Shown here one piece after another: positions 28,504 to 45,494 of a stretch of 64,000 nt of DNA. The stretch's first letter is position 1. Each line of letters opens with the position of its first letter. The notes beneath the pieces are model-generated. The model made no database searches. It was not told where the DNA came from and saw nothing but the letters and a program-made list of their open reading frames with translations. Both the position numbers and the translations under genes were made by a program. Origin of the DNA: Dictyostelium discoideum (taxonomy: Eukaryota); contig CM000154.2 of NCBI GenBank assembly GCA_000004695.1, positions 2,976,001 to 3,040,000 on the forward strand, written 5' to 3'.

Positions 28504-29069
28504 TATATGTTTTTTCTATTGAGTATATTTAATAAAAAAAATGAAAAAAAAAAAAAAAAATTTCTTTGATTTGATTGAAAAAAAAAAACAAAAAAAAAAA
28601 AAAAAAACAAAAAAAAAAAAAAAAAAAAAAATATAAGTAAGTTCTGACCTAGATATTTTTTTTTTTGAAAAAATGGGAAAAATAATAAAAAAAAAAATTA
28701 AAAAAAAAATAATTTCAAAAAACCTTTTTCTCACCAAATCAAATATCTTTATCTATTTTTTTAAAAAAAAACGCAGAAAAATTTGAAAAAAAAAAAAAAA
28801 CAGATAACAGGTTGTAAGGTTATTGTTATATTCTCTCCCTTGTTTATTTTATTAATTTTTGTTTAATTATACAGATGGGTCTTTTTTTTTTTTTTATTTT
28901 CCAAAAATAGATTTTATTTGAATTTAATTTTTAATTTTTAAAAAAGGTATGAATTTTTTTTTTTTTTTTAAAAAAAAGGTTATAATTAAAAATTAATTTG
29001 GGTAAAGGGATTTAAAGTTTATTTTTATTTTATTTTTTTTTTAAAATTTATTTATTTATCTTTTTTTTA

Positions 29070-32075
<3,006 letters not shown>

Positions 32076-32594
32076 TCTTTTTTTTTTTTTTATCCCAATA
32101 TATATAATATCCCAATATAGATAATATCCAATAATAACCTTTGAAAATTAAAATTTTTTTTTTTTTTTTTATTTTTTATTTTTATTTTTTTATTTTTTTT
32201 TTTTTTTTATTTTTTATTTTTTTCAAAATATTTTTTTTTATTTTTTATTTTTTTTTTTTATTTTAGTGTTTTACCTCATTCGGTAGATAACAGAAATTTA
32301 TCTAACACTTTTTATTAGAAATGGAGAGTGGAAGATAAAAAAAATAATAAAAAAAAAAAATCAAAAATATTAGTTCTAGCTTTTTTTATATAAATATTAA
32401 TTTTAGGTGTTGAATCATTAATCAAACGTTATTGTTAAATGTTTAAAAATAAATGTTAATTTTGATCATAAAAAAAAAAAAAAAAAAATTAATTAAATTA
32501 TTTTTGTTTAAGGGGTTATTATTATTTTTTATTTTTTAATTATCAAAGTAATTGTATTATATATAAAATCTATTTTTTTTTTTTTTAGACTTCG

Positions 32595-34724
32595 TTAGCA
32601 CTTTTTTAAAATATTGGATTTTGAAATTAGGTCAAACCAAGAATATGAAATTTCATCATCACCTTGAGAATGATTATTTACAATATGATTAATTCTATCT
32701 AAATGATTAAATATATACAGAGGTAGTGGATTATCATTTTCTTTTTTAACCAATATATTTAAATAATTAATAATTGAATGATAGGAACAAAATTCACTAA
32801 ATTTTTTAAATGATTCTTTATCCATTATTTTAAATGAAAATTCATAAACTTCTTCAGATAAATAATATACTCTACCATTAATAATTTCAATTGTTGTTTC
32901 ATCACAACATTTCTTATTTTTATTATTATTATTATTTTTTTTATTTTTATTATTATTAGAATGATAAAAATCTAATTCATTTGGGAATGAACCAATTACT
33001 AATGTTGAATTATTTTCAAATAATAATGATTGAATATAATTTAATTCTTTGAAAAATAAATCTAATCTTTTAATTTCCAATAAAAATTTTAAATTATAAT
33101 TTAATGAAAAACCAAGGAAATCATAATTAGTTGAAATGAATTCTTTATGATTAAATGATGGTGAATGAGATAGATGATGAATTAATTTCTCTAATATGTT
33201 ATCAAATGATTGATTAAATATAAAATTAAATGTGAAAACATTCTCATTTAAATATTGTTTGATATCATATTTATTAGTTTTAAAATTACCTCTATCTATA
33301 TTATAAATAATTTTATCATAATCTTGAAAATATTGAATTCCATTCTCAAATGTACCAATTAATGAATCTTCTAAATATGGATTTTCCATAACATATTTAA
33401 TAAACACCATTGATCTCTTTGAAAGATAATATATAATATGAAATAGTGAATTTGGTATTTCAATTGACGATGTTACAATTAAATTATAAATTTTACAAAT
33501 GATTTCTTTAGTTGTTTCTTTAATTTGTATTAATTTCTTAAAAAATGAATTAATTAAATTTTTTAAAGAGTTTAAATATTTAATTTTTTTATTTTCAATA
33601 GTATCATCAATTTCACCATCACCATCACTATCACTATAATTACCAGAATTAGTGTTGGCGTTATAATTGTCTTCAGTTTTTTGAATAATTTTAAAATGAT
33701 TAATTAAAATTTCAATTATATTTATTAAATCATTTAAAGATTCTTCTGTACTTGTTGATCTATAAAATTCTATATCATCATTAAAATTATTAATGAAATA
33801 ATTATCTAATTCTGAATTATTTGAGTAAACATAACCTTTTTCAATTAAATTATAATTATTTAAAATGAAATCAAGTGTTTTTGGTAAATAATTCTTAATC
33901 GAATAATTGAATAATTGAATAATATTGATTGATTTATCAAGTTTTTTAAAATTGAATGAAACTTTCGATAAATCAAAATTTGGATAATCAATTTCAATAA
34001 TCAATTTCATTATTTCATTAATAAATTTAGATGGGAACTTTTTAATATTTTTAAATAAATATTTAACTAAATTATTTATATCTTGAGTGAAAGTTTCACC
34101 ACCACTACTATTTTCAAATTTAATTTCTTGTTGATGTTTTTTTAAATTTGTTATTGTTGGAACTTGAAAATCAATAATATTTGTAATTATATAATCTAAT
34201 GTTATTATATCACATTTTTCAATTGCTTTAATGAATGGATAAATAAAAATGATTGATTTTTCAATTTTATAATTTTCAAAAAATGAAAAATTAAAACAAC
34301 AATCTTTTTTAGTTGATTCAAATTTACTATTTGCATAAATTGATAATTCTAAAGTTTCATAATTAAAAATTGATTTAATTTTATATTGTTCAACTTTTTT
34401 AATTATCTCTTGATAGGTACCTTTTAAATTTGAATTTAAAACAATAAAATCAATTGTTGATTTATCATTTGCCATTATTTCAAATTTACCATCCCAATTT
34501 AAAATTTTATTTAAAATTGGATTCCAACCATTTGGTATTGATTTAATAAACCTTTTTAAAGAAATTTCTGAAATTGATTTAACTAATTCATTAAATTCCT
34601 CTTCATTTCTAGAATTATTAATTAATTCACAAATAATTTTATCAAATTCTTTATTTATAAATATTAATTGTGATGTATATAAATTAATGAATTTATAAAT
34701 TTTTTCCATTCCATAGTTATTATT

Positions 34725-34795
<71 letters not shown>

Positions 34796-35873
34796 GAATA
34801 GTTTTAATATCAGCCATTGGGAAATTTAAATTTTTATTCCAATTACTAAAATCTCTATTTGTTGATTTTGTTTTAAATTCTGTTAATAACCATTGAAATG
34901 TTGATATATTAAAAGTTGATAAACTAAATTGGTAAACTAATAGTCCATTTAATCCATTATCAATTATTTCACCATATTTTAAAAGATAGTTTTTATAAGC
35001 TAAAAAGTTTTTATGTTCGTTTAATAATTCTATTGAATAAAGTTTAAAAATTGTTTTAATTTTATCATTGGAAGTAGTATTTTCACATTGTAATATTTCT
35101 TTAAACTCTTTTGAATTTGAATTGGTTTCACCTGAAATTGTATAATAATAATTGATATTTAATAATTTAATTGATAATTCACTTGAATTTAAAGAAAGAA
35201 TATCAATTAAATCAATCTTTGCAATTTTATCACTACTACTTCTAGTTAAACCTATTGGTTTAATTGAGTATGTTTTTTCATTATCTAATATTAATTTTAT
35301 CATTTGTTCTTTATATTTTTCATTTGAGAATGCGAGTTTAATAGAATTGAATTTTATTTTATTTGAAATTTTTAAATTGGGTGAATTAATTAATAATTTT
35401 ACAATTTCAAATGATGAATTTGATATTGCCCATTCCAAAGTTTTCTCTCCAATATTGAATGAATTTGAATTAATTAGTTTTTCAATTATTTCAATTTGTT
35501 GTTCTTTATTTTTTGAAATTATTAAAAATAAAAAATCAAAATCAATTATTGATTTAATTTCAATACTCTTTTTTTCAATTAATAATAATATTAATTCCTT
35601 TTTTAATTCTTTATCTTTAATTAAAAGTAAAAGAGATATTGAGTATTTTGAAATCTCTAAATTTTCATTTAATTTTAATTTATATTTCAATAGTTGATAA
35701 TGTTTATTGACCAATATCCATTCTAATGAATTAACATCTTTAAATCTCTTTTTATTTTCTATATGAATTTGAGAGTATTCATTATATTCTTCCCATTCAA
35801 TATTTTTTATATAATTTAATATTTTATAAAATAAAACTTTGTTACGTATAATCTTCCAAAATAATATTTCCAT
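32595..35873 (-). CDS. Large N/K-rich lineage-specific protein (1092 aa), family member A, with a conserved N-terminal F-W-K/R motif and ankyrin-like repeats
   Basis: Single long ORF. The N-terminus is MEILFWKIIRNKVLFYKILNYIKNI. Internal blocks LEWAISNSSFEIVKLLINSPNL, NYKNYLLKYGEIID and EKLIHHLSHSPSFNHKEF..NYNLKFLLEIKRLDLFFKELNYIQSLL are shared with the downstream paralog. Confidence 0.6.
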
Positions 35874-36970
35874 TTCGGTCAGTCAATTTAAAATAAAAAT
35901 AAAAAAAAAAAAAAAATAATTTATAAAAAAAAATAAAAAAGTGATGGTTTTTTTTTTGTAAAAAAGACAAGAAAAAAAAAAGAAAATGTAAAAGTATTTT
36001 TTTTTTTTAATTTTTTTATTTTTATATTTATCAATTATCTTTATCTTTTTTTTTTTTTTTGGTTAACAGTTTTTTTTATTTATTTTTATTTGGGGATAAC
36101 TGATTCAAATTATAGTATACTTTTTTTTTTTTTTTTTTTTTTACAATCACTCTCACCAAAACCACCACAACCACCACAACTACCACAACCACCAACAAAT
36201 GTCGCTGCTTCCTTATCTCGCCAAGTGGCGCTTTATCTTATAGTTTCATTACAGTAACTCAATTCAATTTCATTAACTTTAATTGTCTTCTTGATTCAAC
36301 CAAAACCGATAGAAGAACTGATATTCCTAAAGATAAATACAAAACAGTCAATACATAATCATATTGTATCAAGATGATCATCCCACCAGCACATTTTCAA
36401 CAAGTTATTCGATCTCAAGATTCTCCATTTTCAACAAGTTATTCGATCTCACTACCGCATCTATTATTAATGCCAACCTTGGTTTCATTTCACCTTTGAC
36501 TGTTGATAAACTTGCTTGGTTTGATCCATTTACCAACATCTCCCAACATTACCATGACAAATTTAGATTTACAAGGAAAACCAATCAACTGTTAAGGACT
36601 CAAATGGATTCCACCAATTTGTTAATGGTAACTATTGTATGAATGGAAATTATAGATTCGATAACAATCAAAACCAGCTCCAGTTACAAATCAATCCAAA
36701 CAGAAATCAATAGACCAATCTTGTTTAGTTCACAATCTCCTATAATACTCGCCAAGATAACAAAGAAAATCACCAAGTCAAAATGATAAAAAATAAGTGA
36801 TTTATCATTAGTTTTTATTATTAAATTTTAATAAAAACAATAACCGATCCGATAAAATTAAAAAATAACAAAAAACTAACAATAATAAAACTAATAAACA
36901 TTATTTAAATTTAAAAAATGTTAATACATATAAAATTTTAATTTTAATTTTAATTTAATTTTTTTAATTT

Positions 36971-37025
<55 letters not shown>

Positions 37026-37031
37026 CTAAAA

Positions 37032-39952
37032 TTACAAAAGCCAACTAATGAATCTAAAAGGATGGTGATTTTCTTTTGAGTTTAATTTTTGTGACAATTT
37101 TAATTTTAAAAATTGTATATTATCTTGATTTAAATAACCAAAATCATATAAATAATTTACAAAATTAAAATTAGAGGTTTTATATGCTTGATTTAATAAT
37201 TCATCATCAATTTGAAAATAATAATGGTTTGGAAAATTGTTTAAAACTAATTCTCTTAAGGGAATATTAAACTTTCCAGATTTATTCAATTTTTCTAAAA
37301 TTAAATCCATTAACTCACTATGATTATTATTACCAAAAAAAAAATTTGAATATTTAATTATTGTATTTTCGCTAATGTTTATATTAAAAACTTTATACCA
37401 AAAGTTTTTTAAATTATCATCATTTTGAGTATTAATTATTTGATTATTAATAATTTGATCGATTAGTTGTGAATGATCTAAAATTAAATCTAAAACACTT
37501 TTTGAAGATATTTCTGAATATTTAAAATTTTTAGTTTTACTTAAATAGTCTATAAATGAAAGATATGAATATGATTTTACAAATACAGAAAATGTATGAG
37601 TATCCATTAAAAACAATAAAGTTTTAAAAATAAATGGTGAAATAGGAAAATAAATAAAGTAACCATCATCTTTGATTAATTCATTATAAACATCCCTTTT
37701 AAAATAATTATTTTTTGTATTATTATTATTATTATTATTATTAATATCTTCTTGAATTTCATCTGGTATTTTTAAAAGTTTCGAGAAAGAAACTAATGGA
37801 ACTGTTTTATCTTTTAATAGTTTTTGAATGTAATTTAATTCATTAAAAAATAAATCTACTCTTTTAATTTCTAAAAGGTATTCTAAATTATAATTAAAAG
37901 TTTTAAAAAGGTAATTGTTTTCATGAATTACCATTTTATCATTGAAATAAGGTAAATGTGATACTTCATGAATTAATCTTTCTAAAACTATTGAAAATGG
38001 AGGTGGTTGAGCAAATTCATTTAAACTATTACTATTATTACCAAAAATGAATTCCCAAGTAAAGATATTTGATTTTAAATATTTTCCAATATCATAACCA
38101 TTATGATCATATATCTTTTCAGAATTATAATTTGGTATATTTTTTGATTTTAAAAGTTTTCCAATGAATGGTAATTTTATTAAGTATTGAATAAATTCTT
38201 GTGATTTTAATCCTAAATAATAAAAACTATGAAATAGAGAATGTTCTAAACTTATTGAATTATCTAATATTAATCTACGAATTTTTTCAACATCTTTAAA
38301 TTTTACATCATCAATTTTAATTAAACATCTAAATAAACGGTTAATTAATTTTTCTAAAATCTGATTATCTTTTGATGTCGTTGTCGTTGTTGTTGTTGAT
38401 GTTATTTTAAAGGATTTTATTAATGTTTCAATACATTCAATAACATGTTTTGGATTTTGACAAGTTGTTGGAACATAAACTTGATAATAATCATTATCAT
38501 TCATTTCTCCAGTTTCATAATAATAATCTTCATATATATATGAAAGAATTGAATTATTTGTAAATAATGAATCTAAATCTAATTTTGATAATGATGGTAA
38601 TAAAATCATTTGAAAATCATTTGAAAAACCATTCACTAGTTTAGTCATTAAAAGTGGTGATAATTCGTCAAATTTCTTTGAATATTGTTGAAATTGATCA
38701 TTAAATTTAATTTTAATTTTATCACTATTAAATTTAAAATCAAATAAAAACTTTTCAAATGTTTTTTCATTAAATGCTTTATAACCACTGTCATTTAAAT
38801 AATTTATTAATTTCTCTTGATTTTCAATTGTTGTGGTTTCATTTAAATTATTAAATGAATCTTTAAATTCTCTTTTATAGATTTTATAATAGCTATAATT
38901 TTCATCCGAATTTTGATTACTACTAAAAATCATATCATTTTCAAGTTTAAAACCCAATACATTTTCATCAATGAATTTTAATGTTTCAATATCATAATTA
39001 TTAATTGCATTGATATAAGTTTGATGATATAATAAACATTTGTAGAAATAACTATCACCATTTAAACTCTTTGGATAATATAGTATTGATGATTTGTCTG
39101 AAAATGCATCAATTGCATATTGTATTAATTCTAAACTTTCAAATTGAAATAATTCTCTAGTTGTAAAACTTCTTAATTTCTCTTTTAATAGGAATCCATT
39201 ACAATTCTCTAATATCCAATCAAACTTTTCTTTATTATTAATATAGATTTTTGAATAATTAAAACCCCAATTAGATAAATCAATTAAAACTTGATTCCAA
39301 CATTTTGGATATAAACTAATTGGTATTGAATTGATTTTACTATTTGGTGAAATTGAATTATAAACTCTTTCATATTCTTCACTTGTTTTTGATGATAATA
39401 AAAGTTGTTTAATTTCTTGATCAACATCTATATTTCTAAATGCAAGACATTCACTTTGTTTTGTATAGTATTCAATAAATTCATATGTAGATTCAAGTTC
39501 TCTTTTAATATTATTTTTTTTATTATCTAATGATATACTTTCAATTATTAGTTTTACTGTTAAGAAATTAAATGATGCTTTTTTATCTTTATCTGATGTT
39601 ACTGTTTTTGAGATTACCCATTTAAAAGTTTTTGGTTCAAAATTTAAAAAACTAAATTGAATTACAATCTCTAAATATTCAATATCTAAATCTTCAATTG
39701 GTTCAAAATATTTTAAAAGATAATTTTTATAATTATTTTTATCTTTTTTTACTAATATCTTAAAAACTTCTTTTATTTTATTTTCACTCTTATCATTTTT
39801 AATAATTTCTTTAATTTCATCATGATTTGAATTGTTGAAATAATTTAAATTTAATAATTGATTTATTATTTTTGAATCTTTTATAAATAGAAATTTATTT
39901 ATATCTGGAATTTTTTTTATTGATTGAAAGTTATTAAAATCATTATTATTAT

Positions 39953-39983
<31 letters not shown>

Positions 39984-40634
39984 ATTATAAAATTTATTTA
40001 ATAATAATCCAATAATTAATTCTTTATGATTATCATTATTATTATTACGAGTAAATGCTAAACTAATTGATCTATTCTTTAATTCTTCTGTTATTATTAA
40101 ATTATGTGAATTTACTAAAATATCTACCATTTGATAAGAACAATTTAAAATTACCCACTCTAAAACTGATGGGAAAATTTTAATTGAAAATGGTTCATTT
40201 AATAAAATTTCTACAGCATCATAATTTTCAACTCTTTTTTTATTATTTAAATCTTCAATTTCTAATGCTATTGATAATAAATCGAATTGAAGTAATTCTA
40301 ATTTCTTTTTTTCATATAATAAATTAAATATTTCTTTTATTTCATCTTCATTATTATTATTATTTAATCTGAATAATTTTTGAAATGAACTTTTTGATAG
40401 ATCAATATATTCATTTGCTTTTAATTTACATATTAATAGTTGGTATTGTTTCATTTTTAACATCAATTCCATTGATGTTAAATGTTTGAATTTAATTTGA
40501 CTACTTCTATTAATACCAACAACTTCAACCCTTTCTAATATTAATTTAAGTAAATATACATTATGTATAACTTTCCAAAATATTGGTTCATTATCGCTAT
40601 TAAATTTTTTAACTTTATTACAATTGTTTATCAT
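37032..40634 (-). CDS. Large N/K-rich lineage-specific protein (1200 aa), family member B, tandem paralog of 32595..35873
   Basis: Single long ORF. It has EPIFWKVIHNVYLLKLILERV near the N-terminus, then LEWVILNCSYQMVDILVNSHNL, NYKNYLLKYFEPIED and ERLIHEVSHLPYFNDKMV..NYNLEYLLEIKRVDLFFNELNYIQKLL. These are co-linear with the upstream paralog. Confidence 0.6.
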
Positions 40635-40816
40635 TTTCTTTAATGTTAAATGAAAAAAAAAAAAAAAAAAAAAAAAAAATTATAGTGTAATAAAAAAAAA
40701 AAAAAATATCTTTTGATCTTAAAAATTCAAAAAATAAAGAAAAAAATCAGAAAATTTTCAAAAGATATTTTTTTTTATTTTTTTATTTTTTTTATTTTTT
40801 TTTTTTTTCAAATTAA

Positions 40817-42382
40817 TTATTTTTTTCCAATATAATAATTATTATAGTCATTTAATATAATATTTCTTGAATTTGAATTTGAAAAAGGACCAATCATTCT
40901 GTAAAAAGAAGGATGAAATAATAGATTCCAATTTATATTATAAAATAAAGAATCATTTTCTTTTAATTTGTTAAAATCTGGAAGTGCACCAATTTCTTTA
41001 GCAAGATCATCACAAAAATAAACTCTATTTGGTAAAGCAAATTGTGGTCTACTATGTTTTTCATTTCTCTCTCTAATAATTTCAACATTTTTTATTTCTT
41101 CGAGCATTATTTCTTTAGTTGGTAATTTTGAAATACCAGCGAATCCATAAATTGCAAAACGTGCTTGACATTCCATTTCAGAAAAAACTGGTGTTCTATA
41201 CATTCCAATGAATGCCATATTATCTAAATGTGGTGATAGTGTATGTTTATATAAAAGTATTGGTAAATGAGGTACTGATAAATTCATTGAAATCTTTTTT
41301 TTAATTTCATTGTCAAAAAACGGTAAATCAATATCATAACCAACGCAAGTAATTATATCATCAACATTATCAATTATTTCAATATTTCCATTTGAATCTT
41401 TAAAAATCATTTCATTACCATTACAATCAATTAAAGTATTTTCAACCACCTTTATTTTATCAAGTTCTAAACATTTAAAAAAGGTGTCTGAAAATATATA
41501 ATAATGAGATTGATTTTCAGGTTTTTTATATTTAAATAAATTATTTTCTCTTTGATTCTCTGACGCTAAATTGAAATAAGAATCCGTCATTTTATTGATT
41601 TCTTCAATTGTTTTTTTACTTTCATAAATCATTGATCTTTTTTGGAAACAATAATCTACATGTGGTATATTTTCTTTATCTATTGGGTATCTTCTTTTAA
41701 ATATATAAACTGAATCTCTACAATTTAAATAAACCATTTTTGCTTTTTCAGCAACTGCTGATGAAATTTCAATTCCACTTGAAAATCCACCCACAACTAA
41801 AACTCTTTTATCAATAAAGGCATTTGGATCTTTAAATTCATCAGATGACCAAACTTTACCATTAAATTTATTTATTAATTTATCTTTGATATCAATATCC
41901 CTTTTTTTACTAAACATTCCAGTACAAATTATTACATAATCATAAATTTCTTCATGAATTTCTGATTTTTCTTTAATTTTATTTGATTTTATTAACCATT
42001 GGTTTTGGTCATTTTCACAAACTTCTGATATACTAATAACGTTTGTATTTAATCTTGTTTTTTCTAAAACTTTGAAATGTTTTGAATAATCATAAAGATA
42101 TTTAAACATTTGCTGTTTAGTTGGATGAAATGGTTTTTCATTTTCTTCTTCCCATATAAAATCTGAATAACTCATTGAAACATAAGAAATATGAGTTTTC
42201 ATATTATCCCATGCTTTACCACTTTCACCAATTGACCAAACTCCACCAATATTATCATTCTTTTCAAATAATACTACATCAAATCCACATTCTAATGCTG
42301 TTTTTGCACTAACAATACCACTTGGTCCAGCACCAATAACTGCAACTTTTTTATTTCTTTTTATTTCAATATTTTCATTCAT
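40817..42382 (-). CDS. Flavin-containing monooxygenase (FMO-like)
   Basis: 521 aa, single exon. It has an FAD-binding GxGxxG (VAVIGAGPSG), a second dinucleotide-binding site (VLVVGGFSSG), and an FMO-like overall length and order. Confidence 0.75.
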   Translation of the reverse strand: MNENIEIKRNKKVAVIGAGPSGIVSAKTALECGFDVVLFEKNDNIGGVWSIGESGKAWDNMKTHISYVSMSYSDFIWEEENEKPFHPTKQQMFKYLYDYSKHFKVLEKTRLNTNVISISEVCENDQNQWLIKSNKIKEKSEIHEEIYDYVIICTGMFSKKRDIDIKDKLINKFNGKVWSSDEFKDPNAFIDKRVLVVGGFSSGIEISSAVAEKAKMVYLNCRDSVYIFKRRYPIDKENIPHVDYCFQKRSMIYESKKTIEEINKMTDSYFNLASENQRENNLFKYKKPENQSHYYIFSDTFFKCLELDKIKVVENTLIDCNGNEMIFKDSNGNIEIIDNVDDIITCVGYDIDLPFFDNEIKKKISMNLSVPHLPILLYKHTLSPHLDNMAFIGMYRTPVFSEMECQARFAIYGFAGISKLPTKEIMLEEIKNVEIIRERNEKHSRPQFALPNRVYFCDDLAKEIGALPDFNKLKENDSLFYNINWNLLFHPSFYRMIGPFSNSNSRNIILNDYNNYYIGKK

Positions 42383-42844
42383 TGTTTTTATAATTATTAT
42401 TATTTATTTATTATTACAAATAATTAAAATAAATAAATAAATTAATTTAAAAAAAAAAAAAAATAAAAAAAAAAAAAATAAAAAAAAAAAAAAAAACAAA
42501 AGGAGATTAATTATTAAAATAAATAAATAAAAATAAAAAAAAGAAAAAGGAGTTTAATAATTTAACACACCATTACAAATAATTATTATTTAAATTTTAT
42601 TATTTTAGATTAATTTCTGATTATTACCCCCTTCTTCATCAAACACCAAAATGTTGGGTGGTTGAATTTATTTTTTTAAAAAAAAAAAAAAAAAAAAAAC
42701 TTAGATATCAGATTAACATCTAATATCCAATATCTAATATCTTTTCAAGTATATATTAAATTACTATTTAAATATTTCATTAAAGAATTTGCTTTTTTTG
42801 TTAATTTTATTTAAATAATGAAAAAAAAAAAAAAAAAAAAACTG

Positions 42845-43348
42845 CTATATAATATCATCAATTTTTAAAAATGTTGTTGTAATTTTATAATTCTTTTTTG
42901 GACCCAAAACTGAATAAATTAAATTAAATTCTTTTGGTGATATTAATTGATAAATTGCATCGTATGTATCATTCCCACAAAGATGATGACCTTTTGCTAA
43001 TGAAGAGTTATTGAAATCTAATGTCTGAAATAATCGTTCTGGTTTCTCATCAAAATAAACTGAAATTATATCATCCTTTAATCTATAGATATACCTTTGA
43101 CTAATATTAAATGTTGTATTATCTGGTTGTTTTAATATTCCCTCCTCTTGATATTGATATGAAAATTCGTCATTATCTAATTGTTTAAATGATGCTATAC
43201 CTGAAACTATTGATATATCATTACTATTATTATTATTTTTATCAATTGTTGAAAATGTAAATTGTTGTGATACATCTATTACTGATTTATGAACAATTTT
43301 TCTATTAAAACTCCATTTTCCTGCAAATGATTGAAATACTTTGAGCAT
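42845..43348 (-). CDS. Hypothetical conserved small protein (167 aa)
   Basis: Clean single-exon ORF with non-repetitive sequence (..AGKWSFNRKIV..HHLCGNDTYDAIYQLISPKEF..). I cannot place the family with confidence. Confidence 0.4.
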   Translation of the reverse strand: MLKVFQSFAGKWSFNRKIVHKSVIDVSQQFTFSTIDKNNNNSNDISIVSGIASFKQLDNDEFSYQYQEEGILKQPDNTTFNISQRYIYRLKDDIISVYFDEKPERLFQTLDFNNSSLAKGHHLCGNDTYDAIYQLISPKEFNLIYSVLGPKKNYKITTTFLKIDDII

Positions 43349-43825
43349 TTAAAAATATTATTTATTTTATAAAAAATAAAAAAAAAAAAATTGAAAAGTG
43401 AAAAAAAAAAAAAAAAAAAAAATTGTTTTGATTAATTTTTAAAATCTAACATATCTGGTTAGCTGAAGGTGTTGGATTATTTCTAAAAAATAAATATTTT
43501 TCATTTTTTTTTTTTTTAGTATAATAATAATAATTCATTATAAAAATTAAAACTTTTAAATTTCAATTTTTTATTATGTCCACTCATTTATCTTTTTTTT
43601 AAAAAAAATAATTAAAATAATAAATGAAAATATGAAATTTATAAAACACAAAAAAAAAAAAAATAAACCAATTCAAACAATATTAAAAAATAAAAAACAT
43701 AATCCTATATCAAAGTATTAAAAAAAAAAAAAAAAAGAAAATTCAAAAATTATTATTATTTAAAAAATAAAACAAATAAATAAAATTATCTATTATTTTT
43801 TTTTTTTTTTATTTTTTTTTTATTT

Positions 43826-44149
43826 TTAACTTTGTGGTGGTACTGGCTCTAAAACTTTAATTAATAAGTCCAATAGGTCAGATCTTGTTACCATTCCAAT
43901 TAAACGACCTTTTTTATCTAATACGGGTAATCCTCCTACATTTGTAACTCTCATTAATTTTGCTGCCTCTACAACTGGAGAAAAATCTTCGATAGTAACT
44001 GGATTTTGTTTCATAATAGAAGAAACTTTGTGAAGTCTTAATTTTTCCAATCTATCTTCATTATTCTCTGGAAGAAATGGTGAATCAGTTGCTAATCTTA
44101 AATCTCTATCTGTGATAATTCCTTTTAGATTACCTAAATAAATTAAAAA

Positions 44150-44196
<47 letters not shown>

Positions 44197-44394
44197 AGTT
44201 TTCTTTTTTAAAAGTATAAAGTTTATACTTTTTTTATAATTAATAAAATAATTACCGTCATTGTCAACTACTGGTAATCTATGAATTGAATTGGCATTTA
44301 AACTTTTTAAGGCAACATCTAAAGTTGTATCTAAATTAATAGTAAATAATGATTTACTCATTAATTGTTTAACTTTTAAATTGGATTGGTTCAT
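43826..44394 (-). CDS. CBS-domain pair protein; join(44394..44256,44133..43826), ~148 aa
   Basis: Exon 1 (MNQSNLKVKQLMSKSLFTI..HRLPVVDNDG) has a GTAATT donor at 44255. The acceptor is tatttAG at 44135-44134. Exon 2 (NLKGIITDRDLRLA .. GGLPVLDKKGRLIGMVTRSDLLDLL) completes two CBS motifs. Confidence 0.7.
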
Positions 44395-44439
44395 TTTTTA
44401 TAAAGAAATTAAATATATGTTAATGTTTTATTATTTTAA

Positions 44440-44453
44440 AAGAAAAAAAGAAA

Positions 44454-44485
<32 letters not shown>
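44440..44485. repeat. (GAAAAA)n microsatellite
   Basis: Seven tandem hexamer units in the intergenic region. Confidence 0.7.
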
Positions 44486-45099
44486 AACTTACCAAGAACT
44501 TTCATAGTAATTATTTATTTTTATTTTCAAAACAAAAAAAAAATAAATTAAAAAAAAAAAAAAAAAATTAATAAAAAAAAATAAAAAATAAAAAGTAAAT
44601 AAAAAATAAATTAAAAATAAATAAAAAATAAATAAAAAATAAATAAAAAATAAAAAATTTAAAAAAAATAATTAAAAAAAAAAAAAAAACAATAAAAAAT
44701 TTAAAAAAAAGGGGTGAAGATCACCGATTAGGAAATTTATTAATAAATAATAAATTTCATTTAATGTGTTTAAAATATTCATTGTATTTTATAATGATCA
44801 ATTATCTTTTTTGCAATTTAAAAAAAATAAAAATAAAAATAAAAAAAAAAAAAAAAAGATAGGGACAAAAATAAAAAAAACAATAATTAAAAAAAGATAA
44901 ATACTGCTCTATTTTATTTCTAATGTTTAAAAAAAAAAAAAAATTAAAAAATAATTGGATACAGATAAGAAAATAATTAAAATAATGGTGTTCTAATTTT
45001 ATATTTATTTTTATTGTTATTATTTTATTTGTTTTATTATTATTGTTATTATATTATTTTTTTTTTTATTTTATTTTTTGTAATTTTTTAAAATTACAT

Positions 45100-45460
45100 T
45101 TAGAAATCATCTAATTCAATCTTTAAATCTACTTCTATTGGTCTAACTTTAGTATTATTTGAACTACCACCACCATAAAAAGATTTAGAATTACCACTAC
45201 CACCACTGTAAACACTCTTTGGCATTGAGAGTGCAAACTTATCATTATTCTCTGGATCATCTCTTGTATCTAAATAGGCAATTATATCACCATCCTTTAA
45301 TAGATATGGCTTACCTCTTAATTCTAAAACTGTTGAATTTTCTTTCTTTTTATTTGAAGGTGGAGGTGGTGGAGGTGCTGGTATTGATTTATTATCTATT
45401 TGTTCAGTTTCAACTATTGATACAGATGATGATGATGTTGTTGAGTTTATTGTTGTTGTT

Positions 45461-45494
<34 letters not shown>

